This document shows positions 7,309 to 17,924 of a stretch of DNA of 35,307 nt, piece by piece; positions within the stretch are counted from its first letter, which is position 1, and each line of letters starts with the position of its first letter. The stretch spans positions 1 to 35,307 of the forward strand of contig MGXH01000036.1 in NCBI GenBank assembly GCA_001801305.1, written 5' to 3'. The stretch is from Gammaproteobacteria bacterium GWE2_42_36 (lineage in GTDB: Bacteria > Pseudomonadota > Gammaproteobacteria > UBA12402). The translations under genes were made by a program, and so were the position numbers. The notes below the pieces were generated by a model. The model saw only the letters and a program-made list of their open reading frames with translations, had not been told where the DNA came from and did no database searches.

Positions 7309-9315
7309 ATGTTTGATTCTATGATTTCTGCCTACTTACTCTTATTTATCACAGGCATCGGCTTCTCTTTACTACTAACGTCGTGGCACAAAAAACCGCT
7401 GGCTCTTGCTATAACTTTGGCGCCTTTGATTAGCGCCTGTTTGCTCACTGTGATCGGCGTATATTATTTATCGACATATCGCGGACAATATTCAGCCAGT
7501 GACTTCCTAATCTTTACCGCCATGACATCTATTACCATTGCGTTTTTTTTGATAATTAAAAAAGGCATCATGAATCTTTCTCTGCGCCTCAACGGACTCG
7601 TGTTGACATACATAGCTATCACCGTATTTCTCAGCTTGCTTTTATGTAATTATCACGATGGCATCATAACGCATTACCTTAACCCCGATATTAGCGCCTA
7701 TTTAGCATCATCGCAGTGGATTACCGACGGTCATAAAATCAATCCACTCAACGGCGTATATATCGTCGAGATACTCGGATCAGCATTGAGATGGGGGCTC
7801 CCTTTTCTAACGGGCACGATAGCGCAAGTTTTGCATGCGAATATCGCCGAATTACTCTACCCTATTATTTTAATTATTTTCTTTCATGGTTTATGGGCAA
7901 TTTCCCTCTTATTTGATACCGCTTTCTTTAACCCTTCTAGTGATAAAAGAATATTTTTCACCGCAATAACCATGAGCCTTAATGGATCGCTCTTATACTT
8001 TATTTTAGAGGGGTTTTGCCCATCCATCCTCGCCATTATTTTTCTGAACTTAATTATTATCCTACTAGCAACGCCAATAACAAAAAAAAATGGGCTGCAA
8101 ATTTCACTGATAGTCACTCTGCTGTCAGGCGCTATAATCACACTATACAGTGAATTATACATATTAGCTGTGCTCATCATATTGGGCTCGCTTTTTTTCA
8201 GCGGGGTATTACGAAATAAAGAAACTATAAAATCTAGCGGGTTGATGCTTTTATCGATGCTCTTGGGGTTTTTAAGCGTCCTCCCGTTAAGCCATAAAGT
8301 CATTGGTTTTACATCGGCAAACGCTCTCAACATCAATAACGTCGGATATCCTCAACCACGATGGACAACTCCTTCTGATCTGGTCAGCCTAACCAACCTG
8401 TATCTTAACCCACAAAAATTCATTTCTTGCATTGGGAGTTATTACACGAAACACACCTCATTCGTATTGAACATAACCGTACTACTATTATCCTTATGGA
8501 TATTCTGTATCATTGCCTATTGGCGAAAAGGAAAAAACTTACTCTTAATCTTGGCCATGAGCGCCGCTGTATTGCTTTTGCACCATTTTTCTAATCTCGT
8601 TATTTTCGTATTATCTTTATGGGTCGCTTACGAAATAATCCGACGATGGGGGAAAAACCCCATCGTACTAACGCTAATTGCCGGGATTACCTCATTCTTC
8701 CTATACGACCGTTTTATGATTCAATATCATCAATATCCGCCCTATAACTATTTTTACGATAAATTAGCCACAGACGTTTCTCCGTTGTTAATTGCATTTT
8801 TTATCGGCAGCATTTATAACAACCCGAATCTTAAAACATTAAAAATAAAAATCGGCATTGTTATCGCCTGCGCCACGCTAAGCATATCGATCATGCTGTC
8901 ATCTTGGACACAAATTCGTGGCTATACTGACATTAACTCTTTAAATCAAATCAAAAACACGATACATGCGCCTTATGTTTTTCTCGTCAACACAAGAGGG
9001 TATCGACAAGGAGAGCTAAAAGGCTATCTGCGCTTCGTTGATCGGTGCGACGAGTCCATCATGTCTGCCTATCTCGGCGATAATTTCATAGACCAACGGA
9101 ATCTGAATTCTTTAAAACAATTTTCCAACAATCGACCCGTTTTACTGATTGTTCGTAAAATAGCCTTGCAAAATGAAAAACAATATCGCGAAAAATATTT
9201 TCAACAAATCATTTTAGACACTCCTTCTTATTTTGTCCTAAACATTCGTAAAACTATAAGAGACTTAGCTAGCGGTGACCCTGTTAAAAACATACAGGCG
9301 ATAATAAATTTGTAA
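7309..9315 (+). CDS. Polytopic membrane protein, putative GT-C-fold glycosyltransferase
   Basis: More than 12 hydrophobic segments; acidic loop YLNPDISAYL after the N-terminal helices; soluble C-terminal domain; lies next to gtrAB. Family assignment is inference. Confidence 0.55.
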   Translation: MFDSMISAYLLLFITGIGFSLLLTSWHKKPLALAITLAPLISACLLTVIGVYYLSTYRGQYSASDFLIFTAMTSITIAFFLIIKKGIMNLSLRLNGLVLTYIAITVFLSLLLCNYHDGIITHYLNPDISAYLASSQWITDGHKINPLNGVYIVEILGSALRWGLPFLTGTIAQVLHANIAELLYPIILIIFFHGLWAISLLFDTAFFNPSSDKRIFFTAITMSLNGSLLYFILEGFCPSILAIIFLNLIIILLATPITKKNGLQISLIVTLLSGAIITLYSELYILAVLIILGSLFFSGVLRNKETIKSSGLMLLSMLLGFLSVLPLSHKVIGFTSANALNINNVGYPQPRWTTPSDLVSLTNLYLNPQKFISCIGSYYTKHTSFVLNITVLLLSLWIFCIIAYWRKGKNLLLILAMSAAVLLLHHFSNLVIFVLSLWVAYEIIRRWGKNPIVLTLIAGITSFFLYDRFMIQYHQYPPYNYFYDKLATDVSPLLIAFFIGSIYNNPNLKTLKIKIGIVIACATLSISIMLSSWTQIRGYTDINSLNQIKNTIHAPYVFLVNTRGYRQGELKGYLRFVDRCDESIMSAYLGDNFIDQRNLNSLKQFSNNRPVLLIVRKIALQNEKQYREKYFQQIILDTPSYFVLNIRKTIRDLASGDPVKNIQAIINL

Positions 9316-9357
9316 GTATTAATTCATCATTTAAAGAAAAAACAACTCGGGATAATT

Positions 9358-11937
9358 ATGTTATATAGCCTTTTAAATACTGGTCGAAAAAAAACAAATG
9401 CGTTTATTCAATTACATTTAACTATTGTTTTCATCCTTTTCTCAATCGGTTTAGCCAATTTTTTATACGTTATTCCTTTACTGCTGCAATCAAAATTACA
9501 AATCCCTGTTTCGATGCATGAATGGAGTTATATGTTTTTTTTTCCGGAAAAACCTATAACTATTTTAAGTTACCTAATCGCCATTCCAGTCTTTTTTGGT
9601 TATTTTTACCTGTACTTTATTTGCTATCAATTTCTATCGACTCACACCATCCAACGCACTATTGCTCGTTCTTCGCTAAGTCTTCTATTATCTTTTGCGA
9701 TTAATCTTTTAATCGTTCTCAATAAAACTCACGTGGTACTAGCTGCATCAGTCCCTCTATGGATTTTTGCATTCTACTTTACATTATATCCTCTACTTGC
9801 GGTTCGTTCTTCAATAAGAAAAGCTTGCACAACGCCGCACTCTATTGCTCTGCAGATTCATCTTCTTAAAAAGATCTATTACCTTTTAGGAGGCATAGTC
9901 TTATTGCAATTTATTTTTATTTTTCAACCGATGGTATTTGGCAAGCTTAAGGTCATCAATGAATTTTGGGATATCCCCGAGCAAACGTGGCTAACCGATC
10001 ATTATGTTGATAACACCCAATATATAAATACTCATCATTTAATCGGTCTTCATAGCAAATATGATTTAAGACTAAAAACAGATACCGTAATCGATGACAA
10101 TTGTATTCCCCTCGCTAATACACCTTCCTTACAAAAACTCATCCAAAGAAAAAATTCAGCCTGGCTAGCTGCGATAAAACAGGGTGTATTTGATCAGGCT
10201 ACTTATTATTATCGGGGTGGACTGTGCGTCATTGGCGACTTAACAACTGACGATAAATTAAATTTATTGCACTGGGCAAACACGCAAAATGAAAAAAGCG
10301 GTTTGATCTATTTATTTCATCGCATGTCTCAAAACCAGGGGGAGGGGCTATCACAAACAAACACTCAAGACAATTCCTTTTTCATAGCGCAAACACCTGA
10401 AGAAAAATTTGTTGCGCTCAATAAACTTGAAACGCATTGGCAAATCCTGAATCGATTTTTCTTTCATCACCAAAATTTTGTCCTAAGTCCCATCAATGAA
10501 ATTAATTTAGGCAAAAATCCCCATCAGGTTTATATGCAATATGGCTATATTAACACCATCATTATAAAAGACATTTTACACTTTTTTGGTCCTATTCGAT
10601 TAGATCATTACATCAAAGCGTTGTTCTCTTTTTATTATTTTTACTATGCCCTTTTCTTGCTATTGCTCATTCTGCTTTTTAAAGATATTCGTTATGTTGT
10701 ACCCATCCTGTTACTCTGCACAGCCGCTCTGAATTATATTAATTTCGACTTTTTGTTGATTGCACCTGGCATTAACCCCATTCGACATTTTTTTGATCTT
10801 TTTATCTTTTGCTTTTTATTTCTATACCTCCTCAGAGAAAAGAAGTGGTACCTCATATTAGCCATTGTTTCTGGGTTAATAGCCACTGTCGCCAATCCTC
10901 AATTTGGTTTATTTGCTTATTTTGCCTTAATCATCACCCTGTCTGCAAAATGGTTACTCTCCCATCAAACAAAGTTACTCAAACTTTCTTCGATAGGGCT
11001 TTTTCTTGTTTTTGCCGCCATCGGCATAATCGTCTATAAATCCACTAACATCGGCGCCACGGTGTTGAACAATTACTACTTGGCTGGCTTGTTGGGATTC
11101 CATTTAAAACGGACCCTATTCATAGGAATTCTGCTGCTCCTCGGTATCTGCTATATCGTCATTTCTCATGCGCTCATTAAAAAAAATACTTTTGCCTATG
11201 TGGCGCTTTTTTCCGTACTATATTCTCAAGGAGCATTGCTTTATTACATTTGGGGATCTGACTTGACACATTTACTGGTGCTAAATTCTATTCTCATCAT
11301 CGCGATCTTTAGCATCTTAAAGCTGGCTTTTGAAAATTACACCCCATTAAAAGAAAAACAACATCTTTACTTAATTTCAATAGGTCTTTTAGCTTGCATG
11401 ATTTACCTACCCTCTGTTGCTTATTTTTATTATACAAAAGCAAAATTTGATCGTGTCTTTAGCACCCATAAAACCTACGAATGGGACCTTCCCACAGCAA
11501 AGTTTATTTCGACTATAAGCCCAACTTATTTTTTAGACTCTATTAACCTTATCCAATCTTTTTCTTCTTCCAATAGCATTTATATCATCTCGAAATACGA
11601 CAACATGCTGCCCTTTTTAGCGGGGAAATATAGCGCCATGCCTTACTTTGACGTTCCTTGGTTGGCCATTGGCGATGCTGAAACCAAAGATTGCATAGAC
11701 ACCATTAAAAACAACAAACCGACCTATTTATTTGTTGATTCTGATATTGATAGATCCTACGCCAGAGACATTATCAATGCGGCCAGCATCATGGGTTCTT
11801 CTCAAGATGACCTAGCAGACTCGGTTAACCGAGTCGCACGACTAAATAGTTTAAAAGTTATTTTTGATGCGGTCAAAGATGACTATCAACCCATTCAATC
11901 CGCTCAATTAATTACAGTGTATAAGAGAACAAAATAA
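9358..11937 (+). CDS. Large polytopic membrane protein, putative GT-C-fold glycosyltransferase
   Basis: About five N-terminal TM helices, a long soluble loop, then HHQNFVLSPINEINLGKNPHQVYMQYG, about 10 further TMs and a C-terminal soluble domain (NNKPTYLFVD). Confidence 0.55.
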   Translation: MLYSLLNTGRKKTNAFIQLHLTIVFILFSIGLANFLYVIPLLLQSKLQIPVSMHEWSYMFFFPEKPITILSYLIAIPVFFGYFYLYFICYQFLSTHTIQRTIARSSLSLLLSFAINLLIVLNKTHVVLAASVPLWIFAFYFTLYPLLAVRSSIRKACTTPHSIALQIHLLKKIYYLLGGIVLLQFIFIFQPMVFGKLKVINEFWDIPEQTWLTDHYVDNTQYINTHHLIGLHSKYDLRLKTDTVIDDNCIPLANTPSLQKLIQRKNSAWLAAIKQGVFDQATYYYRGGLCVIGDLTTDDKLNLLHWANTQNEKSGLIYLFHRMSQNQGEGLSQTNTQDNSFFIAQTPEEKFVALNKLETHWQILNRFFFHHQNFVLSPINEINLGKNPHQVYMQYGYINTIIIKDILHFFGPIRLDHYIKALFSFYYFYYALFLLLLILLFKDIRYVVPILLLCTAALNYINFDFLLIAPGINPIRHFFDLFIFCFLFLYLLREKKWYLILAIVSGLIATVANPQFGLFAYFALIITLSAKWLLSHQTKLLKLSSIGLFLVFAAIGIIVYKSTNIGATVLNNYYLAGLLGFHLKRTLFIGILLLLGICYIVISHALIKKNTFAYVALFSVLYSQGALLYYIWGSDLTHLLVLNSILIIAIFSILKLAFENYTPLKEKQHLYLISIGLLACMIYLPSVAYFYYTKAKFDRVFSTHKTYEWDLPTAKFISTISPTYFLDSINLIQSFSSSNSIYIISKYDNMLPFLAGKYSAMPYFDVPWLAIGDAETKDCIDTIKNNKPTYLFVDSDIDRSYARDIINAASIMGSSQDDLADSVNRVARLNSLKVIFDAVKDDYQPIQSAQLITVYKRTK

Positions 11938-11989
11938 TTTGCTGTTCATTTTTAATATGCAAAATAAATATTCCCGTGGAAAATTTAAC

Positions 11990-13816
11990 ATGAACTCTAA
12001 AAAAATAAATGATATTTTTCCCTACTGTATGATATGTCTTGTCATAGCTGGATACATGCTTTTATCATTCAACAAATATGTTCCAGCTCAAGAAGGCTGG
12101 TTCGATTATGATTGTTTGCTGATGAAGGCAGGAAAATTTCCATACAAAGATTTCTACCTCCATATTCCACCACTTTTCCTCCTGCTGATACATACGTTAC
12201 ATAAACTATTTGGGGAGGACTTAATCGTTTTAAGACTATACGGCGTAGTAGAACGGGTGGTTATTTCATGCTTGATTTTCTACATCCTTAAAAAGAATTT
12301 CAAACCCAATGCCGCCTTCATTGCAACGCTATTAGGTATTTTCTTCTATAGCAGTTTCAATGTGGACTTGCCCTATTCCTATTACCAAACAGCTTTTTTA
12401 ATCTCTTTACTTACCGCTTGTATTTTTGAAAACGCGTTGAACAAAATCAACAAGGTTTCCCATGGTTATATTGCCGCGGGCATATTCATCGCAATCTTAT
12501 TTTTTTTGAAACAGTCGACAAGCATGGTCATGCTCATAACGCTGCTGCTGATTATGATAGGGCATTATCTGCGCTTAGCCCAATATCGCCGTTTGTTAAT
12601 TACCATCGCCTATTTTGGATTGGGTTTCGCCATTATTACTTCTATAATAATCATTTGGTTAATCTCACATCATGCCTTTGCACCATATCTTAAAATCGTT
12701 TTTCTAACCAGCGAAAGCAAAGGATCCCCATCTGAAATTTTGTTCGGCTTCATTCCGCGATTATTCAATGGAGTCAAATCATTCCCATTAATCATGATAG
12801 TCTCTACATTATTTGCCTATCATTTATTTGCCAAAAGATTTCAAGAGACTAAAACAGTCGAGGACAAGCCGGTTTATATATTATACGGCATACTAATCAT
12901 TATTGCTTATGGTTATACTTATTGGGATAAATCGATCATTACGAAATTTATGTTGCTAGACAACATAAATGCGCTCACTCAAAAGATAATAATCCTATGT
13001 GTTTTTTATTTGTTACTGTCTTTGATTACCTATACTTATCGATGGTATAAAAATCCGCAAAACATGGTTTTAAGAAGCAAATTATTTTGGATCGTCTTTG
13101 CAGCAATGTGGGCATATAGTCATGCAATGTCCGGCGTTCTTGAGATTTCTGCTTTCATGTTTGGTTTACCTCTCTGTTTGTTGTTATTTTGGTCGAATTA
13201 TAAAAACAAATATTTTATGTACCCTGTTAAATTTGCGACAATAACCATCGGCATCGCAGCTATTATCCTTATCTCATCCCAAAAATATGCTACACCTTAT
13301 TATTGGTGGGGATGGGGAGAACCAGATGTCCGCACTGCAACAGAAACAACAACTATCCCTCGACTAAAAGGAATGAGGATTTCTCTAAGAGATAAATTAC
13401 TTTTTGAACATGTTTTTTCGTTGATTTCAAAGAACAGCTCACCTTCCGATGATGTGTTCTTTTTCCCCCACATTTCTCTGTTCAATATTTTATCTGATCG
13501 AACATATTCCGCCTATACGACAGTATGTTATTTCGATGTCTGCTCTGATACATACGCAGAGCAAACAGCTGAGTACTTGGTGCACAAAAAACCAAAACTG
13601 ATATTAGACATGTTGTTTCCCGAATCAGCATGGAAAATACATGAAGAAATCTTTCGACAGGGAAAACCAAGTGGACAGCGAAAAATTCAACAGGTCATCA
13701 CCCAAATGACCCATGACGGAACATATCAGCAGATCGCTATGCTATCTACTGAAGGGAATTATCCAATTGTTATTCTAAAGCGCACGGACTTTCCGATGAG
13801 AAAGCCGCACGGATAA
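11990..13816 (+). CDS. ArnT/PMT-like GT-C membrane glycosyltransferase
   Basis: First loop AQEGWF...GKFPYKDFYLHIPPLF resembles the xEG...GxxPYxDF...PP pattern of GT-C enzymes; FLKQS motif; many TMs and a periplasmic C-terminal domain. ORF track starts at TTG 11939; ATG 11990 after GTGGA is more likely. Confidence 0.7.
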   Translation: MNSKKINDIFPYCMICLVIAGYMLLSFNKYVPAQEGWFDYDCLLMKAGKFPYKDFYLHIPPLFLLLIHTLHKLFGEDLIVLRLYGVVERVVISCLIFYILKKNFKPNAAFIATLLGIFFYSSFNVDLPYSYYQTAFLISLLTACIFENALNKINKVSHGYIAAGIFIAILFFLKQSTSMVMLITLLLIMIGHYLRLAQYRRLLITIAYFGLGFAIITSIIIIWLISHHAFAPYLKIVFLTSESKGSPSEILFGFIPRLFNGVKSFPLIMIVSTLFAYHLFAKRFQETKTVEDKPVYILYGILIIIAYGYTYWDKSIITKFMLLDNINALTQKIIILCVFYLLLSLITYTYRWYKNPQNMVLRSKLFWIVFAAMWAYSHAMSGVLEISAFMFGLPLCLLLFWSNYKNKYFMYPVKFATITIGIAAIILISSQKYATPYYWWGWGEPDVRTATETTTIPRLKGMRISLRDKLLFEHVFSLISKNSSPSDDVFFFPHISLFNILSDRTYSAYTTVCYFDVCSDTYAEQTAEYLVHKKPKLILDMLFPESAWKIHEEIFRQGKPSGQRKIQQVITQMTHDGTYQQIAMLSTEGNYPIVILKRTDFPMRKPHG

Positions 13817-13840
13817 AGTTTTTTCTTTTATCAATTAGTA

Positions 13841-13870
13841 AAAATTCCCACATAAAAACGTGGGAATTTT
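13841..13870. terminator. Bidirectional intrinsic terminator between convergent units
   Basis: AAAATTCCCAC-ataaaaac-GTGGGAATTTT, 11-bp perfect inverted repeat with A/T tracts at both ends. Confidence 0.7.
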
Positions 13871-13907
13871 ATTGGGATTCCACGTATTCCTATGATGGTA
13901 GCACGAA

Positions 13908-14843
13908 CTATACATCAAAATTCACACGTTCTTTTTCTATCACGAGCGGCCTTTTCAAGACTTGCGTATGAATAGCAGCGATGTATTCACCCAACATACC
14001 AATAAAAAACAACTGGACGGATGAAAAGAAAAACAAGCCGATTAGCATCGGCGCAATACCGACATTAAAATGATGCCAAAACATAAGCTTCAACAATAAA
14101 AAAACAACCGCCATCGAAAAACTGATCGATGACAATATAAACCCCACAATCGTCATCATGCGAATCGGCACTTTAGAATGGCTAGTAATACCCAGCATCG
14201 CCATATCAAAAAGCGTATAAAAATTATTTTTCGTTTTTCCTTCTTTGCGAGGCGGTTGTTCATAAGGAATTCGGGCAATTTCAAAACCAATTTCAGCAAT
14301 CAAGCCTCGAAAATAAGGATAAGGATCGTCCATTTCACGTAAAATTTGAATAACGGACTGACCATAGAGCCCAAACCCCGTAAAATCTTTAACGAGCGGC
14401 GCTTCAGAAATCCTGGTAATCAATTGATAATAAAACTTTCGAATAGCAGCACACCCTTTGCTTTCGTTTGTTTTCTCTTTAACCCCAATGACAATTCGAT
14501 AACCCTCCTCCCATTTCTGAAGGAATGCCTTAATCATTTCTGGCGGATCTTGTAAATCCGCCACAATAGAAATCACGGCGTCGCCTTTTGCTTGCAGTAA
14601 GGCATAAGAAGGTGAGCGAATATGACCAAAATTGCGAGCGTTCACGATAATTTTTACATTTTTATCGTCTTTCGCGATTGTTTTTAAAATTTCCACGGTT
14701 TTATCTTGGGACGCATTATCAATGAATAAATGTTCATATCGATATTGAGGCAGTGTTTCAAAAACCGCTTTGACTTGCTCATAGACTGCGTTGATATTTT
14801 CTTCTTCATTATAACAAGCAGTCACAATAGTAATCAACTTCAT
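13908..14843 (-). CDS. gtrB: GT2 polyprenol-phosphate glycosyltransferase (GtrB/ArnC-like)
   Basis: IVTACYNEEENI, FIDNASQDKT, RNFGH, ADLQDPP, R..GKTK, two C-terminal TM helices, VLKRPLVI. Confidence 0.9.
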   Translation of the reverse strand: MKLITIVTACYNEEENINAVYEQVKAVFETLPQYRYEHLFIDNASQDKTVEILKTIAKDDKNVKIIVNARNFGHIRSPSYALLQAKGDAVISIVADLQDPPEMIKAFLQKWEEGYRIVIGVKEKTNESKGCAAIRKFYYQLITRISEAPLVKDFTGFGLYGQSVIQILREMDDPYPYFRGLIAEIGFEIARIPYEQPPRKEGKTKNNFYTLFDMAMLGITSHSKVPIRMMTIVGFILSSISFSMAVVFLLLKLMFWHHFNVGIAPMLIGLFFFSSVQLFFIGMLGEYIAAIHTQVLKRPLVIEKERVNFDV

Positions 14844-15232
14844 CGTTTTGCCTCAAATACAAAGTGCTTATTTAATAGATAGGACACTATCGCGCAAAAA
14901 AGTGTCGACAAAGCCCCTGCCAGATAAACGTTCAACGATAACAACAATAAGCATTTAATCAGCGATACATTGACAACATACTGTATGGCATAAACGCCAA
15001 AAAATCTAAAAATTAACCGATGATTGGAATTTTTGAAGACGATGCCGCCGATTGTTTTAAAGTTAAATAAAACACCCAAGCAAGTCGCTAAAAAAATGGC
15101 CAGTGTATAGTGGAGCCCTAAAAACACCAATAACGAAAAAATACTATACCCGAAAATAGTATTCAAAATGCCAACTAAAATAAATAATCGAAATTTTTTA
15201 TCTTTCACTAACTGAGCAAAAAAATGATACAC
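14840..15232 (-). CDS. gtrA: GtrA-family lipid-linked sugar flippase
   Basis: 130 aa, four TMs, FILVGILNT...FNF...VF...RFF...SYLLNKHFVF; ATGA overlap with gtrB. Confidence 0.9.
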   Translation of the reverse strand: MYHFFAQLVKDKKFRLFILVGILNTIFGYSIFSLLVFLGLHYTLAIFLATCLGVLFNFKTIGGIVFKNSNHRLIFRFFGVYAIQYVVNVSLIKCLLLLSLNVYLAGALSTLFCAIVSYLLNKHFVFEAKR

Positions 15233-15265
15233 CGGCCATCTCTTGAGATTGTTTTACACTAATGA

Positions 15266-16066
15266 TTATCGCTCAATTTGTTCGATCGCTTTACGATACC
15301 GCGTTTCCATCATCACAATACGATCTTCATCTTCTTTCGCAATACGTTGATAATAATCTCTTTTATTTTTTAACCACATCAACTCAAACTCGACCGCCTT
15401 TAAAAAAGCAATTTCTGGGTTATCAATGGCACCAGGGCAATTAAAAATAACTTTTCTGGTTTCAAATCGATCTAAATGTCCCGCTGGGAAAGCTTTAAAA
15501 AATGGCAGCGAATCGACTGAAACGCCCCCGCCTACAACCACTTGCAGGCCTTTCTCTTTTGCTTTTTTTGCCAGGATTAATGTTTTTTCTAACATCTCCG
15601 GTTTGTTCACAGACTCTCGGCCGAGCCCAAGAGACCCTGTGAAATCAACTCGCCCCATAACAATCCCATCTAATTCAGCAATTTCTGGGATTTTGAGCAT
15701 CTCATCGAAGTTATGGTAAGTCGTAATTGTTTCCACATTCACTAAGAGATCCACTTCGTCGATAGAGTCTCCGTAGGCGATATGGGCTGCTTTCAGAAAT
15801 TTTCTTAAAGCATAAGGCGTTTCGACCATCGGCGCGATAATGCGTTCAGCACCGATACTAATCGCATCAAACATATCTTTAATTGCTTCGCATCCACCAA
15901 TTTTAATATTCAATCCTAACCCCGCAGCTGAAACGACATCTTTTAACCGCATCGCTTCTTCAAGTCGCGTTCCTTCTGCTTCAAACTCCGCTTTAATCCC
16001 ACCCACATGATAGCGATCTTTCATCTCACTTAATAAACTAACCATTTGCTTTTCTAACTTATTCAT
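15266..16066 (-). CDS. HpcH/HpaI aldolase / citrate lyase-like TIM-barrel protein
   Basis: IIAPMVET, LVNVET, LDGIVMGRVDFTGSLG match the metal-binding E and GxxD motifs of the HpcH/CitE superfamily. Confidence 0.75.
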   Translation of the reverse strand: MNKLEKQMVSLLSEMKDRYHVGGIKAEFEAEGTRLEEAMRLKDVVSAAGLGLNIKIGGCEAIKDMFDAISIGAERIIAPMVETPYALRKFLKAAHIAYGDSIDEVDLLVNVETITTYHNFDEMLKIPEIAELDGIVMGRVDFTGSLGLGRESVNKPEMLEKTLILAKKAKEKGLQVVVGGGVSVDSLPFFKAFPAGHLDRFETRKVIFNCPGAIDNPEIAFLKAVEFELMWLKNKRDYYQRIAKEDEDRIVMMETRYRKAIEQIER

Positions 16067-16081
16067 ACTGAAGCCTCCTCA

Positions 16082-17233
16082 TTAATTTTTAAAAGTGCCT
16101 TCCATAATGACTGCGATTTCATCCTGTAATACCGCATCTAATTCTAATTTCATTAACTGAAGCTTCCCAACAGCAGTCAACAATATAAAATTAAGCGCCG
16201 TTCCTTCTGTTTTCTTATCTCGGCGAAGATAAGAAAGCAGTTGAGTAATATCTAACTCTCGCATAATACGCATAACGCGCTCATCCAACAAGTCAAAACA
16301 CAATTGGTTTACTTGCTTTTTTTCTCGCTCATTTAAAATGTTTCGACGCGCGCTGAGTTCATTGGCCAAAATCATACCAATCACAACCGCTTGGCCATGC
16401 GCGATTTGATAACCTGATAACGATTCAATCGCATGACCTAATGTATGCCCATAATTCAACGCTTTTCGATAACGTACTTCAAACTCATCTTCCTCTATCA
16501 CGGCTTTCTTAACTGCTAATGCTGAAAAAAGCAGTTTTGAATAATCGCTAAAATTATCGACACGTCCATTTTTAACATAGCGTTGATAAACATCGATCAT
16601 AGTGTTTCCGCCAATCACCATCAATTTTAAAATCTCTCCCAATCCTGATTGAATATCAGCCGGGGCTAACGTATGCAAAAAAGAGGGGTTAATAATCACC
16701 TCTGCTGGCGCAGAAAAAAGCGCAATTTGATTTTTTGCTTGATGATAATTAATGCCTGTCTTTCCGCCGATACAACTATCACTCATAGCCAATAATGTCG
16801 TGGGAAAATACACCCAACGAATGCCTCGTCGATAGCAAGCGCCGACAAACCCGCCAATGTCTTCAATAATACCCCCACCAATCACAATTAACTTTTCTGC
16901 TTTGGTGAACCCATGATCATTGAGAAAATCTAAAACTGCTAACACGCCTGTAAATGTTTTAAACTCTTCTGTCGCAGGCGCTTGAAAGACTCTCTTTTCG
17001 TCAAATTGAAAATCTTTTTTATACAGATTAAAAACCTTTTCATCGACCAACATTAAATTATGTTGATTTTGTGACATCAGAATTTGTGCGCACTGAAATG
17101 GCTCAAGATCTTCATTCAAAGCAACTGGATAAGGACGAGGCATCGACTTCACCGTAAATTGATGTGCGCCAATCGCCTCTTTCGATAAGACAAAGGATTT
17201 ATCTTCGATAAAAAATTCAACGCCTGTCTTCAT
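16082..17233 (-). CDS. 3-dehydroquinate synthase-like (AroB-related) sugar-phosphate lyase/cyclase
   Basis: GGGIIEDIGGF, RRGI..FPTTLLAMSDSCIGGKTGIN, GEILK, LNYGHTLGHAIE, HGQAV (NAD and metal ligands). Context argues against housekeeping aroB. Confidence 0.85.
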   Translation of the reverse strand: MKTGVEFFIEDKSFVLSKEAIGAHQFTVKSMPRPYPVALNEDLEPFQCAQILMSQNQHNLMLVDEKVFNLYKKDFQFDEKRVFQAPATEEFKTFTGVLAVLDFLNDHGFTKAEKLIVIGGGIIEDIGGFVGACYRRGIRWVYFPTTLLAMSDSCIGGKTGINYHQAKNQIALFSAPAEVIINPSFLHTLAPADIQSGLGEILKLMVIGGNTMIDVYQRYVKNGRVDNFSDYSKLLFSALAVKKAVIEEDEFEVRYRKALNYGHTLGHAIESLSGYQIAHGQAVVIGMILANELSARRNILNEREKKQVNQLCFDLLDERVMRIMRELDITQLLSYLRRDKKTEGTALNFILLTAVGKLQLMKLELDAVLQDEIAVIMEGTFKN

Positions 17234-17907
17234 TCCTGAAATCCTCCCGAGGTATATCCACCATCGATAATGATATCTTGTCCATTAATATATTTATTTT
17301 GATCCGAACATAAAAAATAAGCCGCGTCCGCAATATCATTTACATGCGCCAAACGATTTAACGGCACTTTCTTTTTGAGAGAATCAATCACCGCGTCGCT
17401 GTTATTTTGCCGAGTCAATTTCGTATCAACAAAACCGGGCGACAATGAATTACATTTAACGTTATGAGCGCCCAGCTCCAACGCCAATGATTTCACCATG
17501 CCGCGCAAACAGTATTTTGAAGCTGTATAAGAAAAACGGCCTTTTCGCGCAATAGATCCATAAATAGAAGAAACACCTAAAACAAAACCCGATTGTTGCG
17601 CTCTATACCCTTTCACTAAATGTTGCGTAATACGATAAAATGAAAACGCATTAATTTGCATCGTTCGATATAAATCATCCCACGCAATAGTCTCAAAAGG
17701 CTTGGGAAAATTAATCCCTGCGCAATGGACAAAAGCATGAATCGGTTGATGAAGCGCTTCCATATAATGATCAATCGAGGGCATATCCAGCAAATCCATT
17801 TCTGTGCGCGAAGGTGCTATCACGGAACATCCCTCTCGTATAAATTTTTGCCCAATAGCCGCCCCTATATCTCCTGAACCTCCTGTCAGCAAAATATTTT
17901 GCATCAT
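17230..17907 (-). CDS. Short-chain dehydrogenase/reductase (classical SDR)
   Basis: TGGSGDIG, HCAGIN, SSIYG, YTASK (YxxxK), SPGFVDT, GQDIIIDGG. Confidence 0.9.
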   Translation of the reverse strand: MMQNILLTGGSGDIGAAIGQKFIREGCSVIAPSRTEMDLLDMPSIDHYMEALHQPIHAFVHCAGINFPKPFETIAWDDLYRTMQINAFSFYRITQHLVKGYRAQQSGFVLGVSSIYGSIARKGRFSYTASKYCLRGMVKSLALELGAHNVKCNSLSPGFVDTKLTRQNNSDAVIDSLKKKVPLNRLAHVNDIADAAYFLCSDQNKYINGQDIIIDGGYTSGGFQE

Positions 17908-17924
17908 TATCTCCTTTCAGTAAA

